From Antedon mediterranea (lineage: Eukaryota; Animalia; Echinodermata), in assembly GCF_964355755.1 (NCBI RefSeq), contig NC_092678.1:884422-948421 (forward strand): a DNA stretch of 64,000 bases, in the 5' to 3' direction. A program made the translations under genes and the position numbers. Shown piece after piece: positions 14,201-28,514 of this stretch (positions are counted from its first letter, which is position 1; each line of letters opens with the position of its first letter). Under the pieces are notes generated by a model. That model did not search any database. It was not told where the DNA came from and worked only from the letters and a program-made list of their open reading frames with translations.

Positions 14201-17200
14201 TAGGCATGTCATCGGTGGCGTTTGGTGGTTTTGGTATAGTTCGTTGACCTAAGAACTTCTCAATTAATGATAGTGTACCAAGACTTTGACTGAACACAAG
14301 TAACTTGTCTCCCAGCTTGATGGAATCCTCTACTATCTTCATCAACAGGATCATTTTACTGCCGTAAGACAACTTTAATGGTTGGTAGTTTTTCATTATG
14401 TCTCTCGCCTAAACAAACAAAAAAGAACCAATTTGATCAACAGAGCTGTAGCAAGCATGTGGAAGGCTATGTGCTCGCCTCGTCTGATATTTTCAATTTT
14501 CACACATGCCTCCCACCCCACACTATCCCTGGCACAGTGCGTATACTTTTAAGACATCTAGCATGAACGCTAGTTGATCATACTCAGTATCGTTTTGATC
14601 GTACGATCCTCATGTCGAATCCCATATTAACAAGACAAATGTAGCTTACCCATTCAAATGAAATAATGTGATTAACTTTATCCACATATGAGACGTCATC
14701 TGTGTTGCTGTCTATTTTACTGCAGGATGCTACATCCTTACCAGCAACAGAGTTCTTCTTGGCACTCTTCTTTGCTTTTGTGTTGATGTCTGGGATGTCG
14801 AGATCTGCCATTGAGTCTGTTTTTTGAAGGAGGACATCGTGGAGGATGTCAGGATGGTTCCATATCTAGAACAAGAAAGACCAAGTTCAATAAGTGAAAA
14901 CAACTTTTTTGAAAGTTGGAAAGTAGATAACCATATAGATATCATATCATCACGTAAATATCATTTGTTTGTAAATCCACACATGTTTTGAACTAAGGTC
15001 ATTTTTCCGCAGCCATACACATTTGTTTAATTTATTTTCTATGTTTTACTGTCTGTTAATATACTACTGTGCTTTGTGCAATTTTATTTTTTATATTTAT
15101 GCATGAACAGTATTGGTTACACTATGATTTATGTGTCAACAACAAAATTCAATATTCTAATTACTACAAGTTTATCTTAAATCACCTTACCTTACAAAGG
15201 ACAGAGAATGCTTTAATAGGGTTGGATGTGCACCACCCACCAGCACCCATCTCTGTGAAATACTGCATAAACTTGTGATAAAGACCTTGCTGGAATGGAG
15301 TCAGCCGTACAAATATCACATGCTCTTCTTTTGAAGGCAACGTTGACGTAAGAACTTGGAAGCCACGTCGTTGGACGAAGCCCTCTAGAAGACTGTGCAG
15401 GACATGCGCTCTGTAACGCATTAACTTAACATCCTGGTGAATAAAAAACACACGTTACGTTTGTTTCTACTGTATAATGCTGAAAGTATAGATTATGAAT
15501 ACTTATACACTTGGTCCTCTTCTACAGGCGGCTTGATACCAGACACCATTGAGCTGTATAATTGCTTATCGGCAGAGGGCGCTGTAATATGTCTAATATT
15601 CCAAAAATTCTGATATTCCAAATGCATTTGTAATGGTAACAAGGCTTTTAGGACCATTTGGTATTAGGACAGTCAACAATTTAAAAGTATTAGGGTGATT
15701 TGGTACTGATTACATAACCTACCTTAGGAGTACTGTCAGAACATTGGCCATTCAGAATTGGCCTTTCAAATAAATTAGAAAATTCATGTTTGGTTCCAAG
15801 GAAGTTAGGCCTTACAAAGTCTACCATACACCAATACTCTAGTAGATTATTCTGTAGTGGGTAGCCAGTCAACACGACACGCCTCCTACAACAACAAAAA
15901 GAAACAGAAATGGTTATTATTATGCATACAATCTTTATTTAGGATAAAACATAAAAGATCAACTTCGCAGACTCCATTATAAAAATGAAAAAAGGAGAAT
16001 TATGATATTAATATATAAGATAACAAACTCTGAAAAGAATTGTAATAGCCTGCCTCACTATTTTATATATATGTGGGGATTAATCTAATCATGTGATAAT
16101 TAAATACTGCCCCCTATAGGTGTTGCTGCCCCCTATAATTGTAACAGTCTTTTTCAAATGATTTGCTTTCTTTTGTATTCATGAACCGGTCAAGGAAGCA
16201 GATAGTTTTGTCTCTTACTTAATTAAAGATCTGATTAAAAGGACCATACTGATCTCTATTGTTATGCTAAAAACAAATTAAAACCAAATACACCACCGGA
16301 CCGTGGTAAAAGTGAGAAAAGGCGTGTTTTTCCTTTTGTGTTGTCGTCCACATCCTTACATATATAGTGGAATAAATAATGGCATGAGGTGAATGACATT
16401 ATTTGTACCATTCCACGAACATAAACATTTTTATGTACAAAAGTACTATTGACTGTTCAATAGTGCGTATTATTGCACGCATGTGACCCACAATCAATTT
16501 ATTTAGGTGTTATATGTTTGTTGATTTGTATATTTTGTAAAATGTATCTTTTGCCTGAATAAATAATAATAATAATATTATATCAAACTCATTAGTGGTA
16601 ACATGAAGTAGTATCAGAACATCAATATAACATGATTAAAGATAATTGTGCAACAACAAATGATTAGTATGTATTGACAAAGCAAACGTAAACAAAATTA
16701 GACCACGTCTTACCGTGTGCGTATGTTCTTAAGTGTTTGTGATGTACTTGCATGACTATTCTTAATTCTGTGTCCTTCATCACAAATAACAAGATCTGGT
16801 CCTGGGTTACTTAAAGCCATATACACCTCTGCAACATAAACATATTTACTTTAGATAATCTACGCCTTTCTAGACCTAATTGGTGACAGTGCGCTTCCTG
16901 TCCATGACAACTAAACTATAGAATGGTATCTCCTTGCTAATTCACCAGGTTCCTAGTTCTCGTGTTTTTAAGAATTACTTTAAATGAAATTGGGGAACAT
17001 TTGATGTGTTTTCCCAGACAAATAACTTAATATAAGCTGCGGATTACATTATAAAATGAATTGTAGAGTAAAATCCTAAGGAACTGTAGAGTAAAAATTA
17101 CAAATCATGCACAAAAAAAAGATTTAAAATACGAAATGGATGAAAAAGTTAAAAAGACTAACTTGACAAAATGTTTGTTATTTTGTCCTCTTCCTCCAGG

Positions 17201-20200
17201 TCAATAATCATTGGTCCCTTCTTTGTTGTGGTCTTCTTTCTTTGTTTTTTTCTTATTCCATTGGGATCTCCTCGTCTGAATGATAATAATCTGTACATCT
17301 CATAACCCATCAGTAACACTCCTCCAGTTTCATGCCACTTCTCTATAAAAATGAAATCATTTATTTGGTGCTCTGTATGTATGGTAGTGATAAGCCTAAA
17401 TATGGTAGTGATAAGCCTAAATATGGTAGTGATAAGCCTAAATATGGTAGTGATATGACATCATCATGTCATATATGGGCACATCACATTTTTTTGTAAC
17501 ATAAAGTTTGATAGTATTATTTCTCTAAACAGAGTACAAAGTAAGACATAAATACATTACAAAAGTAAATCAATGAGGCAGGATCACCTAAAAGTTATGA
17601 ATAAAAAAAACCATCGAGAGGCTCTCTACATAGACATACTTACATAAAATGAATTACACATATAAAAATGTGCAAAAAAAATAGTGTAGACAGAGCTTTA
17701 CATCACAATAATAAATACTTTTCTGATGCTAAATAAATATTGCTTACCAATAAGCTTGCCCCTGGACTGCGTTGTTTTATGCGTGTCATTTAAAACATAA
17801 ATTGGAAATTGACGATAAACAATATGACTGTTTGCGGACTGATCTTCGTCAGATGTGTTGTCACCTGTGGACGACGAACTAGCCATATTATTGTCCTTTT
17901 TTGGTAGCCACAGATCAAACTCTGCGACCCAGTTCTGTAACGTGTTAATAGGCACGATACACAGCACACTTTTAGCACATGTGTGTGTTAGAAATACTGA
18001 AATAAAAGAGATGCACTGAAGTGTCTTGCCAAGCCCCATGCTGTGAGCTAGTATACAGCCAAACCCAGTACTTGTTCCATGACGTTCAATTGATTCCACT
18101 AAATTGTCATACAAAAATCGTATACCACCAATCTAAAAAACAAATAATTCAGATATAATTGATAATAAATACCCGTACAATATTAAAATCCATAAACATT
18201 CAACAGCAGTTAACTTGTCTATTACAGGATGGATAAACTATATCATGCTTATAATAAGGAGTAACATGCATGACACTTCGTCAGGATCGAACCCTAGACC
18301 TTCGGATTGCAAGGCAAGCATAACCATCACTGTACAGCTCCACTACAATATAGAGTATCATGGTGTGACGAAAGAGGGCGCTGTATGGTTGCTAGCCAAC
18401 CAAAAAAAACGCTACTATGTTGATAAACTGTAAAGATCTGTATATCTATCAAATTATGTATCTTAGCTTGATTTTTTTAAACTTAAACTGTAGTTTATTA
18501 AAAAACAAATGTTTATTGATATTTTGAAATTTTATTTATTTTTTTATTGAAAATTATTAAGTTTTAAAATGACTACTTCAATAAGTCTATTCCAAACTAT
18601 TGGTGACCTTGGAGTCACTCAGGCAGCGCCACATACCGCCGTGACGTCAGCACCGTGATACTCTATACCTTTAATAGATATAATCCATTTTTTTTATATA
18701 ATTATTATTGTTTATTACCATTAGAAGGTAAACTCAAGTCTTTTTAAGTACCGTCTTATCATCAGTAAACCATACCTGATGTGTTTTCATGATCTTTGCT
18801 ATTTGTGTGGGTACAAATATATCAGGTTCATTCGGAGGATGCCCAACATTGACGAGAATTCTACCGTGCGCATCACGTACGTTGAACTGATCATTGGTGT
18901 GGATACCAGCGACCAGCGTTGTCGTATCCTCCGCATTATCATCACTTAGTACGGTAACAGGTTCATCATCATCTGAACTTAAGATCTCTATTACTTCTGT
19001 AACAGTAAACAGTATACAAATAATGAATGTTTATGAGTGTAATGGTACAAATAACAAAAACAGATGACACCCTCTCTATGCATCTAATAGAAGCTGGATT
19101 TTGCTGCTAAAATTAAAATTTATTCATAGTGCACTTCCAACCTACATCAGCGTTCATTTTTTAGGGTACTTGTAGCTTGTTTTTGTGAAAGTTGCCATTG
19201 TTATTTTCTTGGTGAATTGTTTTCTCTTTTTGTTTTGTATGATTTCTATATGGATGTACCATCCAAAATAAAGGAAATGAATGAATGAATAGTGTGTTGT
19301 ATTTATTACTTAGGTGTGAGATGACAGGTAGGTACACATTCTTGACAAAGAATACAATAAAACAGGATAAATGCATTCATTGCCTTGCCATACCTGGAGC
19401 TGGTTTTTTTGAAATGGATGGCTTTTCTTTATTTTCATCTTCGCTACTGTCGTCTAAAATTATCAACTCTTCTGGTTGCGTTTTGCTTGAGCTGGTTACT
19501 GCAGGCGTTGTGGTTTCTACAACAAATAATACATATATTTGTATCTGAAGGAATATTCTTAAAATACTGTAATATTTCACTGCCTCTCTACCAAGCATGT
19601 AAGGACATATTTTCATATTTCATTCACATTTATTTGAAACAACAAAAAACAAGCATACATTTACAGTAAGTTAAATGGTAACAATAATAGGAGCTGTTTC
19701 AGGGATCGGAAATAGAATAGATGGATAATGAAATAACGCACTCTGAGGTAATAAGACTTTGTTTATGTAAATTACTTGTGTATATGTTTGTCTTGTGAAG
19801 GATAGTGAATGAATTCCCTATGGTTATCCTTGGCAAAAAAAACCAGTACCTGTGGCAGCGGCAGCAGCAGCAGCAGGTGGCTGTGGTAGACTAAGGAAGC
19901 CTCTTGCTTTCTGTTCTTCTAGTCGTTGTTTTCTTTCTGCTTCTTCTTTCTGCGCTGCTACTGTCTCCTCATCTAAGGCGTCTGCTTTTAGTAATTTCCT
20001 GATAAACAAACAATGTTATAAGACAACATGCTATAACAAAACTAGACTTATTAACCAGCCACAACTAAGCAACATGGTTGAATTAAGCAAAACTAGACTT
20101 ATTAACCAGCCACAACCAATTGAGTTTAAATAACTGTACCTAATGTTTCTTCTCTGAGATGCTGGTTTATTTGCCCTTTTCTTCTTTTTCTTTGGTTCCC

Positions 20201-20805
20201 CATTTTTGTCTTTATTTGTTTTGTCACTACTTGATGGATCCTTCTTCTTTTTTCGTTTTCTTTTTACTTTGGGTTTAATTTCATTGTTTTCTTCTGCATC
20301 ATCTGGAATGCTAACAAGTGAAGTCAGATAATCTGCTTTTGACTCGGAATTACCAGCTGAAAAAGAAGAGAGAATAGGTTAGCAATTGTGTCAACAAAAT
20401 CCTACTGTAGTTACTGCAATAACTACATATTTTACTGCAGTAACATATGGTTTATGAGAGTCGAGTACAAGAAATAGTGATGTATGATTACCCAAAATAG
20501 TAATTGCATAAACAGTAGTAAAGTAGTATTATCATATCATTATAGCTCCATGGTATTATTAATGTTAATTTTTACAAAATGATTGGATTTATTAAAATTT
20601 AAAATATAAAGTTAACTAATGAAAGTATTTTACCTTGTGGAGTTGGATCTATAAGATCTGGTTTATCTTCTTTTTCTTTGTTCACTTCATTTTCCTCCAG
20701 CTCATCCTCCTCATTCTCCTCCTCTTCATCGTCATCATTAGAAGCATCGCTTTGTAATCCTCCCGGTAAAAATTCTTCATCAGATACACTGCCGTCTGTT
20801 GACAT
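8293..20805 (-). CDS. RAD54L2: Helicase ARIP4 / RAD54-like 2 (SNF2 family, ATRX-like), about 1369 aa
   Basis: 18 phase-consistent exons totalling 4110 nt: 20805-20634, 20356-20140, 19998-19850, 19516-19394, 18996-18776, 18132-17748, 17342-17163, 16828-16714, 15885-15723, 15433-15191, 14865-14650, 14408-14171, 13443-13344, 13134-12929, 11992-11817, 11497-11286, 10818-10655, 9122-8293. Motifs: [88 protein letters not shown] and [10 protein letters not shown] fit ARIP4 rather than ATRX. Confidence 0.93.
9297..9533. repeat. 26-bp minisatellite, about 9 copies
   Basis: Unit cataaatgtatgtatgttagttgtta. Confidence 0.95.
10070..10213. mobile_element. MITE family B copy with internal 20-bp repeats
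   Basis: ctgtctacactatcaaa...tttgatagtgttaacagagct, with cactaccatattt x3 inside. Confidence 0.7.
13533..13840. repeat. 71-bp tandem repeat, about 4 copies
   Basis: Unit contains cagtagaagaacccctttaagtgtccccttaatagggctgtctgtctg. Confidence 0.9.
13915..14077. mobile_element. MITE family C
   Basis: Imperfect TIR aggccaatttacacagacgag...ctcatctgtgtaaattgttct. A related end lies at about 11555-11600. Confidence 0.6.
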
Positions 20806-22359
20806 TATTCACTAAAATAAAAAAATATATAATACAGGTTTAATTATTATCCCTGAATACAGTAAATACATTATTAACTGCACATTACTAAATCGATCCA
20901 ATTAAGAAAAAAACGGTGGATACCAGTAAAATACAAAGTAACACACTTTAAAGCAAAACAGTTAAATTAACCACCAAAAAGAAAATAAATGTCAAGGTTT
21001 TCAAAAAACACTATTTCTTTGTCCGAAATGTTTGTTAGCATGTTACTAGTTTAGAGAATCAGTTGGTTGCTGTACTGGTTTATTTATGAATTAACTCCTT
21101 AATGATTTTTCACTATAAATTTAACATTATTATTATTTGAGTGAACACATCTCTATTGATAGGATTCATCAATTTATTATATTCGTTTATTTGAGTTGTG
21201 GTGTACATGACTGGATATAGTACAACCGTACTATGCTTTAAATGCTGCTAATCACCAGACAACATTTATCATGCATAATATTTTAACATAATTAATGAAG
21301 GCACTGTATATGATAATTAATATATTTTCTACAATTGTTTTATCTCATTATATAAGTCAGTCATTTATATAATCTTAATAAGTCTTTGAAAATATGGTTC
21401 AATATTCAAACTAAAAATAAATATTAATAATAATGCTAGCGGTGTCAAAATATCTCCATTAATACAAGAGCGCTAACAGAACGTGAATCAAGGGTTATAT
21501 ATTATTGTAAATTTGCGACTTAGTTATTAAGAGTACAGTAACAGATACAAAAAATGTGAAACACATTTAGAGTATTGTAAAAGAAAATTGCAAAAATAAT
21601 AATTGGTTGTTATGACAGATCATTTTCATCTTTTCTGCAGAAAGTTAATTCGTGTTCAGCTAGGATTGTAAATCTTTCTTATCAAAACAAATGTTTTAAA
21701 TCAAAATAATTTAAGTTATGTAGAATGGTTGCAAGTAATGTTAAAGCCACTTATTACAATATGTAAATTGAATTCAGAAAAAGGTTGTCATTTAAATGTT
21801 TCAAAAATTTAATAAGTAGTGTTGTATTTCAGTAAATATTCACCATTACAAACAGGTCATGGCAACCTGTATCTACTGTATTACTACAACCTATAGACAT
21901 ACACCTTTACATTGCACATTGCATTATAGAAATAGATATCATATATTATAAATTAAAATAAAAAAAATGTAATGTTGATCATCAATTTAATTTCAAATTT
22001 AAAAAAAAGATGACTACTGTAAAAGAAGAAATATGGTATAATATAAAATATACATAATTTATTTCCCATGACGTCATGGTAACGGTATTGTGATGATAAA
22101 AATGATTGATACGACTGATTGCACTGATTATATCCATGACAATGTATGAATAACCATGGAGAAATTATTTGTAACTAAATGGTGGTTGACAATATTTTTT
22201 TGTAATACAGTATTCATATCAAAACAATAAACCAACAACATTGCAATATGATATACATTATACTTGACAAATAATTAATTTATGCAACACTCAAAAGCTT
22301 AGGGTCACTGTCTATAAGTTAAATAAAATCAATAAAAAGTAACATTTTTTGTTAATTAA

Positions 22360-22552
22360 AGATGTATTGTCCTTGAAACACAAAAAAATTAAGGTAAAAA
22401 TATTCTAAATTTCAAGTGGCCATATCAAAGTAATATTAAAGTTATTCACTTTAAGTCGAAAATTCGAGCCAAAAACAACAAGTTTACGTAATTAACAGGT
22501 AAATTAGTTTGATTACATTTTGTCTGGAATTAGTCAAAGGGACAATACATCT
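22360..22552. mobile_element. TTAA-flanked MITE (Kolobok-like), 193 bp
   Basis: TTAA-AGATGTATTGTCC...GGACAATACATCT-TTAA. Confidence 0.75.
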
Positions 22553-22954
22553 TTAAATTAGGCCCCTAAATGCACTGTATTGTTGTTTGTAGTGCTAGCT
22601 CAGTAGCTGCAGTGACTACTTCCATTTAATGTTACTATTATTATTATTTATTATGATACATTTATTTATTAACAAAATTGAAATGTAAATAAGATGGCCT
22701 ACTGGTTGTAGTGGCATATACATTTTGACTAGGTCTACAGTAGTTGTTAAAGAGAACATTTAACTAGGTTAGGCCTACATAAAATGCATCAGCCTCTTTA
22801 CGGGGGCAGAGAGTGCTGGCTCCCAGCAGCCCTGTGCTGGTAAAGAAAAGCCGATTAGACAGAATGGCCTAGCTATTTCCAATCATTAAATACGATCATA
22901 TCTAAATTAACATAACATTTTACTTATGAAACCTTGGTTACGAAAAAATGAAGA

Positions 22955-23125
22955 TTCTTACCTATTCTTTATTTTAAAATTGTAAACGAAAAATGAGAGA
23001 TTTATAGGGGTTTTACTTCGGACAAGTGTTTGGGCTTTTGTCCACAAAAATTTATGAATGAGATTTTTCTTCTGCGCATGTTCTGATCGAAAAATAATAT
23101 TAAAGAGCGCCATCTATAAAATACT
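22955..23125 (-). promoter_or_regulatory. Probable non-coding first exon and promoter of RAD54L2
   Basis: The ATG exon has an acceptor just upstream (about 20812), so a UTR exon is expected. A minus-strand gtaag donor lies at about 22957-22961, with NRF1-like TGCGCATG (about 23073) and CGCCATCTA (about 23107) motifs nearby. Confidence 0.45.
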
Positions 23126-23681
23126 TTATTAGGCCGGCTCTCTCTATATATCAAAATAAGTTGAATTCACAATCTCTCCTACTCTACTTGCGTAGTGTTC
23201 TATCTATTTGGCAATGTTGGACATACTATCTTATTTGGATGACTTTGAATGATATAATCAATAATTTAATTTGGAAAAATACCCGGGTGTACGTATATAG
23301 AAAGGATGCGAATAGTTTGAAAGACGGAAATATTATCTTAAGAACAGAGTCTGTAAGTATATATTGATAACAAGGCACTACTGATATCGCTCTTATTTTC
23401 TTAATAAATCATACAGGATCAGCTCATGTTTCATGTGTTTATATAAGATTATAATCATAATAGCACTAATAAGCGATTTGGTATCTTAAATATCAAGATT
23501 TAAATCTTTTCTTAAAAAACCTTTTGTGTCGCACAAAACAAAAACAATAAGACACAACAATAAATCAAATCTTTTCATTGTTTAGTTAATAATTATATGC
23601 GTAGTAATTTTTCTTTGTATTGCCTTTTGTTCGTCTGACTTACGATCGTACTGGTACAATTGTACATTTTATTTCGTATAA

Positions 23682-24620
23682 AGAAGGTTCATGTATAGAG
23701 GTATAACTCTTTTAAAGGAAGGTTCATGTATAGAGGTATAGCTCTTTTAAGGTAAGGTTCATGTATAGAGGTATAGCTCTTTTAAAGGAAGGTTCATGTA
23801 TAGAGGTATAGCTCTTTTAAGGTAAGGTTCATGTATAGAGGTATAGCTCTTTTAAAGGAAGGTTCATGTATAGAGGTATAGCTCTTTTAAGGTAAGGTTC
23901 ATGTATAGAGGTATAGCTCTTTTAAGGGAAGGTTCGTTTATAGAGGTATAGCTCTTTTAAGGGAAGGTTCATGTATAGAGGTATAGCTCTTTTATGGGAA
24001 GATTCATTTATAGAGGTATAACTCTTTTAGGGAAGGTTCATGTATAGAGGTATAACTCTTTTAAAGGAAGGTTCATGTATAGAGGTATAGCTCTTTTATG
24101 GGAAGATTCATTTATAGAGGTATAGCTCTTTTAGGGAAGGTTCATGTATAGAGGTATAGCTCTTTTAAAGGAAGGTTCATGTATAGAGGTATAACTCTTT
24201 TAAAGGAAGGTTCATGTATAGAGGTATAGCTCTTTTATGGGAAGATTCATTTATAGAGGTATAGCTCTTTTAGGGAAGGTTCATGTATAGAGGTATAGCT
24301 CTTTTAAGGTAAGGTTCATGTATAGAGGTATAGCTCTTTTAAAGGAAGGTTCATGTATAGAGGTATAGCTCTTTTAAGGGAAGGTTCATGTATAGAGGTA
24401 TAGCTCTTTTAAAGGAAGGTTCATGTATAGAGGTATAGCTCTTTTAAAGGAAGGTTCGTATAGAGGTATAGCTCTTTTAAGGGAAGGTTCGTGTATAGAG
24501 GTATAGCTCTTTTAAGGTAAGGTTCATGTATAGAGGTATAGCTCTTTTAAAGGAAGGTTCGTATAGAGGTATAGCTCTTTTAAGGGAAGGTTCGTGTATA
24601 GAGGTATAGCTCTTTTAAGG
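23682..24620. repeat. 35-bp minisatellite, about 27 copies
   Basis: Unit aaggttcatgtatagaggtatagctcttttaaagg. Confidence 0.95.
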
Positions 24621-25844
24621 TCAGACTATTTACAAAAGAATGGCTCAATTAAGAACAAGCGGACTTTCATTCGTATATTGAACTACTTCTAATTATCTAG
24701 AAGAGAGAACAGAATGAGTTTGCTATGTTTCTCCTTGATCTGTCTTAATGAAGAACGATTGTCTCTTTACAATATTTTAATGTACTTTATTTTCGTGAAA
24801 GGATGACAATAGGCTTGTATGAATCAGTCTTTTGTCATTGCTATGATTGTGAAGGAAAGACATCCATTGTACATGTAATTAGTAAACGCATCACGAATTG
24901 TACGCGCATTAATATGCGTGCTTCCAGTAATCAGCATACATTTACATGGCTTTAACATCAACATACTTGTAAATTATGATGTTAATGATACATGTTTCCA
25001 TACATTACAAGAATGTTGACGGTTAAATTACAGGATTTCAGTAGACAACGGTCGACGAGGTAATTAGATTGTGCGTGTTTCTCCATCAACAAGCGCGCTA
25101 TTATATCATTAATCAGACGCTTTGTTTAGAAACAAGCAGACCACAAATTTATAGCGCACCAGAAATGTACACAAATGTCTTCTATTTCATGCATCTTTTA
25201 TTCGTTAACTTGTTTGTCGCTTTCTGTCTTTTCTATTCCATCCGTTCATCCGTTCTTTTCCATTCAATCATGCGTTCCATTATCCATCCGTTCTTTTCCA
25301 TTCAATCATGCGTTCCATTATCCATCCGTTCATCCGTTCTTTTCCATTCAATCATGCGTTCCATTATCCATCCGTCAAATCCATTCAATGCCTTCATGTT
25401 GGTTCTGTGTGTAGGCCTATCCCATCTCATTCATATTAACTATCCATCTATCCATTATCAACCCTCAATTCTTGTCTTGTTTCTGTACATGCTTTTAATA
25501 TTATTACTGTTATCCATCCACCACAAGCCGTTCGTTTATTCCTCCACCTATTTGTCTATTTCACCTATTTGTCTATTTCACCTATTTGTCTATTTCACCT
25601 TTAAAATAGTTTCATCGATCGGGTACATAATTAATACTAGATACGTTCAAAAATTCTCTTTGAATTAATTAATCATTAAGGCAAATTTGATCGAGTAATC
25701 TCCTCGGAAGTTGATTAAATGCGAGTAATTTAGAATTAAAAGAGCTGACTTTAATGTCGATTGGAGATTTAAGACCGTCGTCAATACATAGTTAATTATT
25801 TACATAATTGTTGTAACATGAACTGTTGAAACATTAACAACTTA

Positions 25845-25965
25845 AGCTCTGTTTACACTATCAAAAACGTGTGATGTGGCTAAATATGGCAGTCATTATT
25901 CCCAAATGTCCATATATGGGCACATCACATTTTTTGTCAAAAAGTTTGATAGTGTAGACAGAGCT
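25845..25965. mobile_element. MITE family B, full copy
   Basis: TIR agctctgtytacactatcaaa...tttgatagtgtagacagagct with TTA flanks. Related copies at about 8075, 10070, 13165, 17380, 46206 and 59165. Confidence 0.8.
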
Positions 25966-26704
25966 TTAGATCTCTTGAATACATTGGCATGGCCGGCACG
26001 GATTTTGTAATGCTGTATACGCATAACAACAATGTCTCCTTAAATGCAATCAAGACAAGACAATTAAACACCCCTATAAATGAATAGAACACTCCAAGGG
26101 GGTATTGTTATGTAATGGGCATCATCATTAGGCAGCAGCGCCAAACAGCACTCTAACAACATTCAATAATAATAATAATGATGGCCGCCGCGACAAGTGC
26201 AGATTGCAATATTAACAGATTTTCATTGAGAGGTGAGTGGAGTTCATTGTTGTACACTCAATATACTAATCTCCTCCTCCCTCGGGGCATACATTTGACA
26301 TTTTCCGTTATTTGCCAGTTAGCAGGAAAGGAATTGTGTTTGCAACATAACGTCACATGCATGTTAATCTATAAAACATTGTAAGACAGAAAAAAAAAGA
26401 AGAAAAAACAAGATTAGATGGAGTGTAGATGAAGTTCAAGGAATTTAATCAGCGTTTGCAGAGAATCTCATAATTATGTTTCTCTCCATCTTTCAATGTC
26501 TTTTCCCTCATCATCATCGTGTCTTTCTCTTTCATCGTTCTTCTTCCTTCATCATCATTTCTTTTTGTTATCATTTTCCGTTCCTTATCCTCCTTTCTTC
26601 TCGGACGTGGTCAAACGTACGCTTGACTGCATTCCATGGACATCCTTTCTCTTGTGGTCAGCATCATAATTGCTTTTTTACCATACAATTTATAATCCAG
26701 AATG

Positions 26705-26868
26705 ATGCGTAGTTTGTCGCGCGGCACATCGGCAAGTGTGTAGTAGTCGCGCGGCACATTAACATGTGCGTATTCGTCGCGCGGCACATCGAAACGTGAG
26801 TATTCGTCGCGCGGCACATTAGCACGTGCGTATTCGTCGCGCGGCATATTGGCACGTGCGTATTCGTG
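26705..26868. repeat. 30-bp CpG-rich tandem repeat, about 5 copies
   Basis: Unit similar to tattcgtcgcgcggcacattagcacgtgcg. Confidence 0.85.
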
Positions 26869-27562
26869 CTATTTAAACTGAGTTCAGAATTAATGACGTC
26901 CTTGTCCATAAACTCACTCGATAATCTAGAACTCAGGAATTTATTTTAATACAGTCTATATCATACATACAGATATGCATTCATTTAGCAAATTATGACG
27001 AATTTTACACGCACGACGTTTAAAATGCCTATGTACGCGTGCGCACGTAACGTCATCGATGAATTAAATACCCAAAATATGTGCTGCAAATTAGTTGACC
27101 AAATTGTATGTGAAAAATTTAAATGATTTCTTATAATCTCTTGATTTATTAAGAGACCGTGTTTTGTAGAATGAGAAAATTAAGCGAGCAGCGAATGTTA
27201 ACAAAAAATCAATATTGTTGAGTTTTTTTAAGTTGGATGCGATGTTTATTTGAAATGTAAAATCATCTGGCAATTAATAAAACTCAATCCTGGTTGAGTG
27301 TAGTCATTCTGTCGGCTTTCATTTCCTTCACAGATATTACTTCAAGTAGGTATTTTGACATTTAATATAAAAGCTGTTGAGAGATATTCTCTCAGGTTAC
27401 TTGTTACAAATAAACTTACATTAATATACTGGATTGAACCTGATTAGATTTAAGAATCTGCAATTAAGATTTAAAATAATCTGTTGCATTTCATTATTTA
27501 TGTTAATAAAGTGAAACGAATAAAAAGAGAGTTGAGAAGGAACTAATAAAGTAAATACGTAG

Positions 27563-27860
27563 CTGTAGTGTTGAGTAGGAAGTAGTATGTATGCCTACCC
27601 CACTGTAGTGTTGAGTAGGAAGTAGTATGTATGCCTACCCGGGCCCACTGTAGTGTTGAGCTAGTAGGAAGTAGTATGTATGCCTACCCGGGCCCACTGT
27701 AGTGTTGAGTAGGAAGTAGTATGTATGCCTACCCGGGCCCACTGTAGTGTTGAGTAGGAAGTAGTATGTATGCCTATCCCACTGTAGTGTTGAGTAGGAA
27801 GTAGTATGTATGCCTACCCCACTGTAGTGTTGAGTAGGAAGTAGTATGTATGCCTACCCC
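27563..27860. repeat. 40-49-bp minisatellite, about 7 copies
   Basis: Unit ctgtagtgttgagtaggaagtagtatgtatgcctaccc(gggcc)ca. Confidence 0.95.
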
Positions 27861-28514
27861 TACACTCTTCTTTTAACAACACCTCCCAAACCTTTCATGA
27901 GCTTAGTAGTTATCACGCCAATTAAGATTGGTTTCCAACAAGGACGCAACGCAAGAAGAAAGTACGTACAACGCAAATACATACGCGCAACGCAAGGACG
28001 TATACACGCAACGCAATGGCATACGAGCAACGCAATGGCATACGCGCAACGCAATGACATGCGCGCAACGCAATGAAGTACACGCAACGCAAGGACATAC
28101 GCGCAACGCAAAGAAGTAAGCGCAACGCAATTAAGTGATTTGACCAATTACGAGGCGATTCCCTTAGAAACGTACATTATACACCTTGCAATAGTTATAA
28201 TAGAATATTCCGATATGCTGTTGTGATAAGTATCTGTAAATGTTAATCTTTTAGTTTCTAACAATCCTTTTCATAGCTATGCATACACATTATTTATTGT
28301 CATAATAAAATATAGACCTAATATGAAATCTGTCTTTAATATACACATATGACGTCATACAAAGCAATCAATAGCTACTACTATCTGTGATATTTACAGT
28401 ATTTTTATTACTTTTTTCAGTCACCTTGATAATATATTTGAATCACTAGATTATAAAGTCTTTGTAGTAAATCTCGCATTGTGTTCTAGCAACAAAATGT
28501 AATGTGTACACAAT

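Noticed and set aside
18270-18340. tRNA-like fragment on the minus strand (B-box-like ggttcgatcc); a similar one at about 48655-48705
   Set aside because: No complete cloverleaf; at most a decayed tRNA-derived SINE, too weak to call.
8293-20805. Calling the helicase ATRX
   Set aside because: No ADD/PHD domain in the assembled N-terminus, and the motif variants ([18 protein letters not shown]) match ARIP4/RAD54L2.
25069-25668. 199-aa hydrophobic ORF
   Set aside because: Pyrimidine-rich low-complexity sequence with tccat repeats, a non-ATG start and no recognisable motif.
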